Positions 13,290 to 24,773 of a stretch of 64,000 bases of DNA are shown piece after piece. The notes beneath the pieces are model-generated. The model worked only from the letters and a program-made list of their open reading frames with translations. It was not told the DNA's origin and searched no databases. Source of the stretch: Camelus dromedarius (lineage: Eukaryota); the NCBI RefSeq assembly GCF_036321535.1, contig NC_087436.1, forward strand, positions 28,894,001-28,958,000. The letters are read 5' to 3'. Position numbers and translations under genes: made by a program. Numbering within the stretch: position 1 is the first letter of the stretch; the number at the start of each line of letters is the position of its first letter.

Positions 13290-13735
13290 CAGTGCTTATC
13301 CCCTAAAACCTGTCTTATACTTCTATCATAGAAATAGGAAATTTGACTCAGCATAATGCAGTCCGGTTTAAAAGACAACAGATTGGCCAGCTTTCCTTAC
13401 AATACGCCCACATCAGTAAGTTCTGGCCAAACAGATAATAAGTGCTTAGAGAAGCCTCCTTGAATATTTCTTCACATACACTTGATACTACCCCTTTTTC
13501 ATATTTTTGTTTATCCTCATCCAACCCGAAACGTATACTCTGTCTTCAATCCAGAGGATGAGAGCAAACTGGTAAGCTTGAAGAAGGCTGGATGCCTAAG
13601 GAATTTGTGGATCAGAATTGCATTTTACAAACTCTGTAAGTCTACCTGAGGGGAATACATTTCTATCTTAGTTGTGCCACCTTTATTTTAGATTTTTCTA
13701 TTGTCCATAGCCAAATAAAGTCTTACTTAATATGG
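13290..13735 (+). mobile_element. Old MaLR LTR (MLT1-type), degenerate
   Basis: Contains taagttctggccaa and gaaggctggatgccta, and a 3' end ttctatcttagttgtgccac...atagccaaataaagtcttacttaatat typical of MLT1. Confidence 0.55.
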
Positions 13736-13839
13736 GAAAGAACGAAACAAGTCATAAATACACTTGTAAGATTGAGGAGACCTCTCTTGCCATTTGTGCA
13801 TCTCTTAGAGAATTACGCAATTATTTATTGGCTCTACAC

Positions 13840-14012
13840 TGACGTCAAATCTGGCAGAGGACTGCATTTTTGTTTGGCCAATAAGCTAAGAATGGTGTTT
13901 GTATTTTAAAAGTTTGTAGAAAAGAAAAAAACAGAATATATGACAGATTATATGTGGCCTGCAAAACCTAATATGCTATCTGGTCCTTGGGAGTAAAATT
14001 ATCTGGACTCTT
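13840..14012 (+). mobile_element. MER58-type hAT-Charlie DNA transposon fragment
   Basis: Contains aagctaagaatggtgtttgtattttaaa and atgtggcctgcaaaacctaatatgctatctggtcctt. Confidence 0.75.
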
Positions 14013-14619
14013 AATCAATAAAATACCAGGTTGCATCATTCTCTGACAAGGTCTTCTTTGTCAGAATATCATTATTTTGCCTTTAGCCTTTTTTCCTTTA
14101 CGATAAGATGAAAAAGCTAGTTCTGTTGACCATGTGAAGCATGGACCCAAGGCACTACTGGACTCTGAGCTTTAACTAATATAGTCACCTAGAGTGTGTG
14201 AGGACAGCCATTGTCATGGCAGCCCATCCAAGATGATAACTACAAAAGTGTGATAAAAGAGCATCAAAGGTCTACTTAGGAGATCATATTTAAACGCAAA
14301 GCCTAGATTATGCATGTCTAAATCTAGGAATGACAACTGAATAGCCTGCCATGAATCTATAAACACTCACAAATATGAAGAAAACACTTTACAGCTAATG
14401 TCAAGTAATCAATATAACATATGTAATGATTGGGGAAATAAAAAATATGAAACATGTTCGTTAAGGCTATTCTACAAAAGGCAATAATAAATATAAAGGT
14501 GGAGGTGCTAGAGCATTAGGGAAAAATTACTATTGTAGGTGAAAATTTTAGGCTTTTGCAATATTCCAGTGGGATATTTATTTTTTTACTTAAGATATAT
14601 TTATTGCATGCCTACCTTG

Positions 14620-15086
14620 TTGAATTGACTCTGGCAGCCGTGTAGGTATGCCACTTGGATATGTTTACAAGAGAAAACCTGCTCTGCGAACTTTATCAGC
14701 TGACAATTGAGGTTACAACACTTAGAATCTACCATAGTGTTCTAGGCAAGAATGCACTTCCTCTAGGCTGTTCCTGCTAATAACTGGGCATGGTGCAATG
14801 CTGGGGCCTTGTTTCTGGCCAGCATGGGACTTGTCTAATAGGTAATCCTTGCTCTGAGGTTCCCTGTTGGCATGGATGAGATTTTTTCAGAACTGCATCA
14901 GTAGCTCATCCAATGGTTCTTCTTTACTTGTCTTTTCATAGGTGTCAAACCTGCATCACAGATTTGAAGACTCTCCCTAATATGTCTCTCTCTCTCCTTT
15001 GACTTTCATAGACTTCATCCTCAATAAATCTTCTTCATTTCTAACTCAGAATTGTTACTTGCTTTCCCAGTAGAATTACACTGACA
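14620..15086 (+). mobile_element. LTR16-like ERVL LTR
   Basis: Contains ttttcataggtgtcaaacctgcatcacag...gaagactctccc and ctcaataaatcttcttcatttctaactc, and ends actgaca. Confidence 0.7.
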
Positions 15087-15195
15087 TATTGACTCCCATT
15101 GTATAAATAATAAATGTTGACAGATTTCAAAATGAAATCTTTTTTTTTTCGGTACCAAAGGTAAATCTGGAGGGCAATGATCAAGTGAGGAATAA

Positions 15196-15510
15196 ATATA
15201 TTAACTTCTTGTTGTTGCTGCAACAAATTACCAAAACAACTTAGTAACAAACTAGACAAATTTATTCTCTTAAAGTTCTGAAGATCAGAAGTCCAAAAGG
15301 AGTTTTATGGAGCTAAAATCAAGGTCTGAACAGGGATGTTTCCTTCTGGAGTCTCCAGATAAGAACCCATTTCCATGTCCTTTTCAGCTTCTAGTTGCCT
15401 TCTGTATTCCTTGACATGTATCCTTTCCTGCATCTTCAAAGTACCTGTCTCCAAGCTCTGTTTCTGCCATCACTGCCTTTTCCATTGTAGTCAAAATTCC
15501 TTCTGCCTTT
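15196..15510 (-). mobile_element. MLT1 (MLT1C/D-like) MaLR LTR fragment
   Basis: ttgctgcaacaaattacca...aatttattctcttaaagttctgaagatcagaagtccaa...gctaaaatcaaggt...ttccttctggag matches antisense MLT1. Confidence 0.85.
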
Positions 15511-15636
15511 CTTTCCCACCCTCACACCCTAATAGCATCACTTTTTTCCTTGACATAGACTGAAAATAAGCTGGAATAGCTAGACTACTCTGATTAAATG
15601 ATTCTCAAGAAGACATCACAGAAATTAATGAAATCA

Positions 15637-15790
15637 GTACGGGAAACTATATTCAATAGCTTGTAATAACCTATAATGAAAAAGAATATGAAAAAGCATA
15701 TATGCATGTGTGTGTGTGTAGCTGAAGCACTGTGCTGCACACCAGAAACTAACACAACATTGTAAATCAGTGATACCTCAATAAAAAATG
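15637..15790 (+). mobile_element. Severely 5'-truncated young L1 (camelid/cetartiodactyl 3' UTR)
   Basis: Contains aactatattcaatagcttgtaataacctataatgaaaaagaatatg...acattgtaaatc...tcaataaaaaa. Exact 12-bp TSD ttaatgaaatca at 15625-15636 and 15791-15802. Confidence 0.92.
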
Positions 15791-17199
15791 TTAATGAAAT
15801 CATATCCAGTTGAAATCAATGATTCAATAGTATTTTCATCTCTGTGAAGAAAAGAAAGAAGGAAGCAAAAATTCATATCCAGCACCAGAATTTTGAATAG
15901 GTACCCAAACTGAGGTTTTCAAACCAGCTTAGCCAGATATGTCAAGGATTAAAACAGACTACTTTTTAATTTTGTTTTGTTTTATTGGTTGACATTTACC
16001 AACATAAAATGACTATTGAGTTAACAGGTATGTGAACATTGTGTGGAGCCATGAAATCTGCTTGTTCTCCCATGGACTAATCCCTTTTCTCTTGTGCTCA
16101 GTAACATAATAGGCCACAGTTCATAGGTATGCAATAGCAGCTCGCATTGTACAGATGGAATCAATAGCATAATCCTATTAAATTCTGCAAAACAGTTTAC
16201 TTTATGATGTAAAGTGGAATTGTGATTGATTTTTAAAGTAAAGTGTAGTTCTATATTCAACTCAGGTAAGAATAACTTTTAGAGCAGTAACTTTCTCTTT
16301 GTGGATCCATTGTTTTTCTTCTATTTTTCTTGATGTTAAAAATAAATTTTGCCTATGTGGCCTAATTAAATGACATTGAATTCTGGCTTGTCTTTTCACT
16401 TAAAATTGCCTTGGCTTTGTACCAGCTTCTAAATAGAGAACTGAATGTCTGCTTTTAAGTCAGCTACTTACTCTGGAACTTTCCTGGTCAAAAACAATAG
16501 CTCTTAGTCAATGGCAAACTTTCATAACAATTTCTTTCCTTAAGTCCAGAATTATTGTAAAAATTTATAAGCAGTCAAAATTACAGTATACCAGTATTTC
16601 TGTTCAGCCTTTTTTCTGACTAGTCAATTGACCATAATATACTAGTTGATTCCAGTGCCACATTAAATGCCAAGTATTTTTATTATCCCTCCTACAAATG
16701 CATGTAATATAGATGCCAAATTTGTAATATTTACCAACTCTTCCACATATGATTAAAATCTTAAGTTGATTTTAAGACATCAGTCTTAAGGATATGATAG
16801 TTTCCTTAAACATCTTTTAAACACCATGAAACTCTTTGGAAACGTGAAGTACAAGTTTCTCTGAGTGGAATGCATGTGGTAAAATAAGTCCATTCATACT
16901 AAGTAAGAATCCAATTGTGTCCATGGCAAAAAAAAAAAAAAAAAAAAAAAAGATAACATAGTTTAAAATCTTGACATTATGTCCACTGTCCCATGAGCCA
17001 AAGATACATTCCAAGTGTATTTCCAGCTTAGACTTGATGACTTCATACCTCAACCTGAAGTACATAAAATTCATTTCATTCAGTTTCCTCAAAGACAGTT
17101 CATATGCAAGAAAAGAAATAGCAATCTGTATTGGCTCAAAATAGCAGATTAAGTACACATGTTTGCTTTCTTTTTAGAAATGAGAACGATTATTTAAGA

Positions 17200-18005
17200 G
17201 CACATAAAAAGTTTTTTAAAGTGCTGAAACAAGAAAATGTTACGTGGTGGACCAAGAATTGTAAGAAAAAATATGAAAGACAGAGGCAAAAATACTTGAA
17301 ACAAGAAAAGATATTTCAACTCAAAGCATGCCCAGAAAGGCCATCTGCAAAAGACGGGAGCAGCTTGAACAAACACTAGAGAGGAAGAAGAACATTACAG
17401 CTAAAAATGTAACCCAACTCCCAAGGTACATTCTTAAAAGAAAGTGAAGAAAGAAAGTTAAAAGTCATGATATCAGCAAATATACACTAATGTGAAAAAC
17501 TATTACAAGTTAAATTGTATGACATCAAAATACTCAAAACATTTTTTTTTAATAAAAAGGAGGAAGGGACAGAAACAAAATAGTCACAGGAGATGAGCAT
17601 AGCTCTAAGTCTTTAGCAGATCAAACAAACATAACATTATAAAATATTTGGAAATGCATGAATATAGAATACTCGAGGAATTTAATAGAGTTAACATACA
17701 CCATTTTTAATATCTATGATGTACTAACAAAATATAAAAGAAAAGCTAATTTTCAAAGAAAGAGTGCCAACTATATTTTTTATCACAATGGAATAATAGT
17801 AAAAATAAAAATACATTTCTAAACTCCTTAATAAAAAAAGAAATCAAAATTCTTACAAAATAATTAGAAATAGAGAAAATAAATGTAATACATAACACAA
17901 CCTGTAAGATTCAAAACCTGATATAAATCCAAAAATTATCAATATCAAATGAGAAAAAAATACATTTATTTAAAAGTCAAGAAATTAGAAAAAGAACAGC
18001 AGACC
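17200..18005 (+). mobile_element. Highly decayed L1 ORF1/ORF2 remnants
   Basis: A-rich, with motifs tatcacaatggaataa, ttagaaatagagaaaat and caagaaattagaaaaagaacagc. FFKVLKQEN resembles the L1 ORF1 C-terminus. Confidence 0.55.
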
Positions 18006-18431
18006 TAATGTGTTTCAACTTCTATTCATTCAATAGTCATAGATATTTTTCTAAATAAATAATATACGAAATACATGCTCAATGTAGCTGCATACACATC
18101 AACTTGAAAAAAAATAGTTCACTGTGATGATTTGTAACAAAATGAATGTGAAGTGATATTACATTTACATAAGAAGAAACAGTCTTTGTAAAAAAATCCA
18201 GATATAAAAATAAAACAGATATTTTGTGATTTGCCACCTTAAATTACACCTACTTGACTAGAATCAGAGATGAAAGTGATAGATTATTACGATGTTGAAG
18301 GCAGAGCCCGTGTGGTTCACTTCTCCTGGGAGCACATTTGTATTGTAACCCATGGGAGTGACTATGCCTTGCCCAACTCTTGCTCATTCACAAAGATGGC
18401 AAGGTGATTCTCTCTGGATTAGGGCCATGTG

Positions 18432-19030
18432 GTTGATTCAGATACCAAAGTGTGTAAGCAACAGGCAAGAATCCACATAGGTTGTTTCCAAGTAAGATCA
18501 CTTCAGACAACCCTAGCCTACATCTCCTCTTTTTGATGGATTCCACAAACTGATTCTCCACTTCTTCTCTGTCACTGTCCAGTGTGGATCTACTACTTCA
18601 TCTATGTCCAACAGGTAAAAACCAGCAAGTACAAAGATCTCCACCAGTTAGTGCCTAGAGTCCAAAACCTCTTCCAAAATTGAAAAAAAAAAAAATGGAG
18701 AAGGACAGGTAGAGTTTTATTTAAAAATTATTTTAAAACTTCAGCACTCAATATACAAGTAGGCACTTTTCTTCTATTCATAAGGAATTCCTCAGACCAA
18801 CCTCAAGAATCTACTGTGGCCAAGGTCTTCTGGCAAGTCACATCACCCTCTTGGACTTCATTGTACATCTTCCAAACGAGGGTATAATGTTTTCTACTCA
18901 GCTTCTTTAAGATGTCTGTGTACATGGAACACCATATGGAAAGCCAACTAGTTAGCATCCCAACCTCTGTTGGTTCCCTCATTCTACATCTGTTGCTATG
19001 GCTTCCACTGCACAAGCACTGGGCAGCTCA
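18432..19030 (-). pseudogene. ABHD5: Partial processed pseudogene (retrocopy) of ABHD5/CGI-58 covering 5' UTR and exons 1-3
   Basis: Minus strand 18579-18442 translates [46 protein letters not shown], versus ABHD5 [46 protein letters not shown]. 18964-18885 gives LTSWLSIWC and, after a frameshift, HLKEAE*K, versus LTGWLPTWC...HLKEAEEK. The start codon has decayed to ATA (18999-18997) in a CpG-decayed 5' UTR. Stops, frameshifts and no introns. Asn at the nucleophile position distinguishes it from ABHD4 (GHSLG). Confidence 0.92.
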
Positions 19031-19384
19031 CAAAAGGCAGTATACAGCTGGAATCTCCAAATCTTTTGATGGTATACCTTCCTCAATAGCTATTTCTTGC
19101 TTGCTCATGTATTTATTTTTTTTTATTTATTTAAACACTATTCTTATATTGAGATTTTTAAGTGCATTGGAGCCCTGTCCTCTTTTACAATTGCAAAACA
19201 TACTTTTAATAGCATAGTATAATCTATTTTTTAAAGTTAGGACAAAATAGCAGTGACCCACTCAGTCCTAACGTAATTTTTGAGTGCTACATTTTTTGTG
19301 GCCTTTTCAAATTATCCTAAGGCTTTTAATCTATTTAAATTTTCCACTTGTTTCTTATGTATATATTAAATACATTGCTCAATT

Positions 19385-20290
19385 AGGGTTGTTTCAGGAA
19401 TGCAAGTGTAGCTTAGTATCCGGAAGTCTATTAACATTTTCTAATACATTTTAACAGTTGTTCAATAATTGTTGAAAGCCTATAAAATTCAAAAAGTATT
19501 CTTTAAAAATTTTTATTTAACAAAATCCTACTACAAATATTTTATTAAATGTGAAAGCACTAAAATATTAAGTTAATATCAGGAAGTAAATGAATTCTTA
19601 GGTCTCACTATTATTTTTACCTTTTTTATTTAAAAAAATTCCATACTTACATAAAAATTGGAAAATTATTACAAAGAACTCCCTTATAATGCTCATCTAG
19701 ATTCACCAATTAACATTTTGCTACATTTGCTTTATCATATTCTATATTTATATACTTATAAGTAAAATACAAGAATGTTACTAAAATATTATTATATAAT
19801 ATGCAATCCAAATTCAAATATTGTCACATTTTTCATTAATGTCTTCTATCACAATTTTTCCTGTAATTATTAAATTCATATCACTCCTCCATCACTTCAA
19901 TCTGTAAGAATTCCCCAGCCTTTTTTTTCTAAATGATACTGACATTAAACATGGTGTCAGAGATCAAATGTTGCTGTACAGTATGTCCTACAATTTGGGT
20001 TCACCATATTTAATATAGGGGGTACTCAATGCAGTGAGAAAATTAAATAAAGCAATATGGATAGATGGTAGAAAAGAAGATAATTTTGTTCAACACTTGA
20101 TTATATACTTTAAAAATTTTAAGATTAGTAGAAGTGAAAAGGAAATTTGGTAGGATTGCTACAAGAATTTGGTAGGATTGATACAAGAATTTTCAAAATC
20201 CAAATTTTATTTTAGCAATAAATATCTATAATAAAAGAGAAAATATTTTGTTCAAAATTCCAACAAAATGTATTAGAAACTTACGAAATA
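19385..20290 (+). mobile_element. Decayed L1 ORF2 (RT region) fragments, interrupted by an antisense L1 3' end
   Basis: gggttgtttcaggaatgcaag resembles L1 gggatttatcccaggaatgcaag. Also ggtactcaatgcagtgagaaaattaaataaa. Confidence 0.6.
19620..20010 (-). mobile_element. L1MC/L1ME-type 3' end
   Basis: tacttacataaaaattggaaaattattacaaagaactccc...ctagattcaccaattaacattttgctacatttgctttatc. Confidence 0.7.
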
Positions 20291-20769
20291 TACGGAGCAT
20301 TGCTTCAGTGCAAAATATAGATAGTATAGTGTTTCTTTCCCAAACCCTTTTAAGAATTTATACAAATATTGAGGAATTTTTGAAAGGATAAAACTTGGAA
20401 GTCAGAAAAGTGTAATAGAAAAAAATGCCTCTCCTTTAATCACAATTTCTTATGTCTTAACCCAAAATAAACAGTTATTAAGTGGTGCTATTCAGTTGTT
20501 AAGTAACCATAGAAACATATTGCTACTGTATAGACAGAGTCTATCTTTGGAGGACAGTGCCTGTGCTGTAAGTATTGCAAAACTTTTAATATCACTCCTG
20601 TTACAAATTACAAGCTGCATCAGTTTTTTCCAAGGCACTTATTTTCCACTTATCTGTACAAAGGTTGAAATAAACTGGAGGCAGTAAAGAATAGTAGTGA
20701 ATAAAAACTTTAAAATTTTCATCTCAAATCTTAGGTTTTTCAGGTTTTAAAACCCATTTTTATCCATGC

Positions 20770-20925
20770 TAGTCATGTAATTTTGGAATATTACCAAACT
20801 ACTCATTTCCTTCAACTGTGTAGTGTGCACAAAAGGTTCCAGGAATTAAATGATGTAAGATATGTTAAAAACCTTGTATATTGGCTGGCAATAAGCTAAA
20901 CACAATACGTATAAATTATTATTAA
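20770..20925 (+). mobile_element. MIR SINE fragment
   Basis: ggaattaaatgatgtaagatatgttaaaaacctt...tggc...cacaata...tattatt matches the MIR 3' half. Confidence 0.6.
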
Positions 20926-22767
20926 ATAACAATTAAATTGCTACTAAGTATTAAATTTTCAAAATTCTAAGCTTCCATTATCAGTCTTTTTTAGGAGAGA
21001 TGCACTGATTTTTTTAAAATGTATCTTCCAAGTAAAATGTAAGTAATTTCTGCTTATGCTCACAAAAAATATTCTTCATTTTTACTAACAATAAATGCAA
21101 TAAATTAGACTTCATTGATTTATTAATATAATTACATTTCTATTAGTTCTCTAGTTACACTGACAACGTTTTACATCAAAGGAAAGATAAACTAATTTGG
21201 AAACCATTTAACTTGTTTCGTATTTAAATAAAAGGATTTTTTGAAATCTTAGAATTAGATTTTCATGCAAATCAACTGAGTATATAGGGCTATTTTAAAT
21301 ATATGATCTTAAAGAAGCACAAAATTTATCATATTTATCTAAATATACATACTCATACATATGTGTATATACATATATACATACATATATAAACATATAC
21401 ACATATATCTATCTCTAGCAAATTTGGATGTGGCAATAAAAATGAACAAATTACGCTGACATTAAAAATTTGGGGCAAATTAAATCTTTCCTATTGGAGC
21501 AGCAGGTATGGAGTCAATTACAATTTCTTCATGAATATAACATTAACAAAGCATAAGATTCTAAATATAATACACTTGTCATAGAAAAAAGATTGAAAAA
21601 TTGTATTAATATAAGCAAAACAGCATGAAGAAAAGGCATATCATATTAAAAATCATTTAGTTGACTCATATATTTTGAATGTGAAGAACAATTTTAGCGT
21701 ATACTAAAAGGTACAAAGCTTTCCACCAAAATTTGTGCAAAAGCATCTTTGCAGCAATTTAGAATTGAATGTTTAGGAGCAAAGAAACATTGTGTTTGAT
21801 GGATCTGGTAATGCTATTTTCAAATACACTTTTTTATATAAATTTGAAATATTTATTTATGTTCGTTTATATATACTTAGCATTATCACAGGTATATATT
21901 GACATTATCAGATGCAACTGGATTATCTCCTATTTTTAGAAGATTTAATTACAACATTGGCTCACAGTTAGCCTCTTCTAATCACAAGTTCATATAATTG
22001 AACGAAGCTAATTGAAGGTACCAAACCATGTCAGCATGTCAGCTAATAGAAAGAAGTTGAGTCCCCATGGAAAATTAAGTCAATGGAATTCAAAGTGACA
22101 CTATGTTATTAATCAAAATCTGAATTATTTTCTTACTAACAAGTATAAAATGAAGCTACACTTGGGATTTTGTTTGTCCCATAAAAATATATCGCAAAAT
22201 AATGTTCTTGTAGTAGATTTAACTTTCAGATCTCCTATTTACTTTCTGTATAATCAATAAATTAACTTGTTTACTATTAGTATTTAACAATAAATAGTTT
22301 ATGATTGATGTATCAAAAAAGAAGGCTGAGCACAAGTTTGCAATCTAAAATAATACAGTCTTGGCATGATTTCCACCCCACCCCAGATACAATTATATAC
22401 TACTTTCTACATGTATTTCTCAAAACAATATTTTCAAAACAATATTCAAGAGTTGTTATTATGTGAATATACTATTTAAATTTTACTTTCTGTAATATGT
22501 TTCTAACATTCCTCTGAATAATCATTGGTGATAGTTGTCTTGACTAAGTGTTGGCATCTGAATCATGTATTCTTTCATTTCCAATGAAAAATCTCAGATT
22601 GTTGAAATGTGAATATAGTCTCAGAGAAAGGAGGCAGGGATGGTTTATATGCTACTGTATTATAAAATCATTATTTAGTAAGCCATTATTTTTTCATGGT
22701 TCTTTTTAACATGATCTTCATCCATGTTAATTACAAATATAATCTCTCAGTAGAGCTGATAGATTTT

Positions 22768-23155
22768 ATTTTATTTTATTTTATTTTTTATATAATTAAA
22801 ATTTTTAATTTTTTTTATGTTTTTGCTGGTGAATTTTTAACACCTTTATTGTGGTATGATTCCTGTACAGTAAATTACACATATTTCAAATGTACAGATG
22901 ATGAATTTTGATAGATGTATACACTAATGAAACCACCACCACAATGAAGGTAGCTAACTCCCCAAGAGGTGCAAATTTTGAATTCCCGATTTATCCCTTC
23001 CCACCCCCCTTACCCTCTAATAACCATAAGTTTGTTTTCTATGTCTGTTAAGTCTGTTTCTGTTTTGTAGCTGAGTTCATTTGTGTCCTTTTTTTAGATT
23101 CCACATATAAGTGATATCATATGGTAGTTTTCTTTCTCTTTCTGGCTTATAATGC
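22768..23155 (-). mobile_element. TSD-flanked truncated L1 insertion with chimeric 3' end
   Basis: TSD agagctgatagatttt (22752-22767) and agaactgatagatttt (23156-23171). T-rich tail on the left. Young L1 3' UTR motif tttagattccacatataagtgatatcatatggta. Confidence 0.88.
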
Positions 23156-24269
23156 AGAACTGATAGATTTTAAATTGTCTTACCAAATTCAATTGCAAGT
23201 TATTTTTTTTAATCTGTCAAGAGAAAAAAAATCCCTGGAGAGATTAAGGTTAATTCATTTCATGCTTTATAGGCAGTGAACTGAGAATCATGCACATTAT
23301 ATATATATATATATACATCAAAAAAGTTTCGAATTATTTTTGTCCATTTTGAAGTTTTTTTTTTATCAAAGACTTGAACTGACTTTTGAGTAAGAATAAC
23401 AAGTGATTTTAAGAATAATGAATGTGTAACTGCATAGGTCCTTTCAAGGTAAAGCCTAGGGTTAAAAATGAGGGATTTGAGGCTAATTACGCAGGAAGTG
23501 AGTCAGAGAGAGGTAGCATTTTCCAAACATATTGCCACCAGAAAGATGAAGTTGTCTGCCAGTTTCTCACCTTTATCTGAGCTAAAGTCACTCAATGTTA
23601 ATTGCTTTATTTTACCACCTGCTAAAAAAGTTGTTTAGGGAAAATGCCCCTCAGCTTCTTTCAAAGATTCTTTGTCTTTTTAAAATTTTAAATACAGCAT
23701 TTGAAAGAAAATAGAAGACAGTTTATCCTGTAGGAATCATTAAGCTGACAAAAGTCTTCAAAGCCAGACCGCAGAAAAATGAGAGTCTGAGGCATTATTA
23801 TAGTCCTATCAAGGAAACTGCATTGCGATTTAAGGACTAAGGTAGCTGTCTAGTTCAAAAGCCATACACAACTACAGAGAGATTAGAAGAAAAATGATGC
23901 ACAGTTAGCATGTCAATAACTGCAGTATGCTTAGGCACAAATGGGCACTAAACCTGTTTTATATGACTCTAAATTAGTCAGTATGTCAAAGGAACTCACG
24001 AGTACTATGGTTCCAGTACACTAAGTTTTGGTAAAACGGATGCTTATTATTTGCTTATGGTGAACAAATGAAAAAGAATAAAACATGTTTTGTGAATGCC
24101 AGAAAATGATTACTGAATCTAGAATTCCAAACAATTCCAGCTAATTTGATGTTATAAAGATCAGATGTATTGTTTGCAAAATAGGCTTTGTGTTTCTTGA
24201 TCAAGTTTATAACAAACTTCAATAACATTTGATAAATGTTTCTGAACATCTACAATGCTCCTGGGAAAT

Positions 24270-24311
<42 letters not shown>
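24270..24311. repeat. (TAGA)n tetranucleotide microsatellite, about 10 units
   Basis: Seen directly. Confidence 0.98.
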
Positions 24312-24312
<1 letters not shown>

Positions 24313-24368
24313 ATTAATAAACAAATCTGCCCTGGAGATCCTAGTGGAGCTAACTGACTAATGGAGAG

Positions 24369-24773
24369 TGTTAGGGGGTGAATTTTATCCTCACAGAATT
24401 CATATGCTGGAATCTTAATCCTCCAGTCTCTTAGAATGTGAACTTAACTGGTGAAATTTTGAGTCTTTACAGAGGTATTCAAGTTAAAGTGAGGTCATAG
24501 GGTGAACCCTATTTCCATATGACTGGTGTCCTTATAAAAAGACATCATTTAGAGATGGATAAACATACAAGAAGAATATCGTGTGAACATAAAGACAATG
24601 AGAGAGATCTGGAAGAGATCCTTTCCTATACAGCCCTCATAAAGAACCAACTGTCAACACCCAGATTTTTGGAATTCTAGTCTCCAAAAATATGGGACAA
24701 TTAATCTCTGTTGTTTAAGCCAAGAAAAGTTGTTTGTGGTACTTCGTTATGTCAGCCCTAGCCAACTAATACA
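24369..24773 (+). mobile_element. Solo MLT1 (MLT1B/C-like) MaLR LTR, full length
   Basis: TG...CA termini (tgttagggggtgaatt...aactaataca), internal atatgactggtgtccttataaaaaga, and 5-bp TSD gagag/gagaa. Confidence 0.9.

Noticed and set aside
16752..16789. Overlapping short inverted repeats (ttaaaatc/gattttaa, ttaagac/gtcttaa)
   Set aside because: 7-8 bp AT-rich stems are expected by chance at this composition.
18912..19217. 101-aa plus-strand ORF with hydrophobic stretches
   Set aside because: Antisense shadow of the ABHD5 retrocopy plus a T-rich tract.
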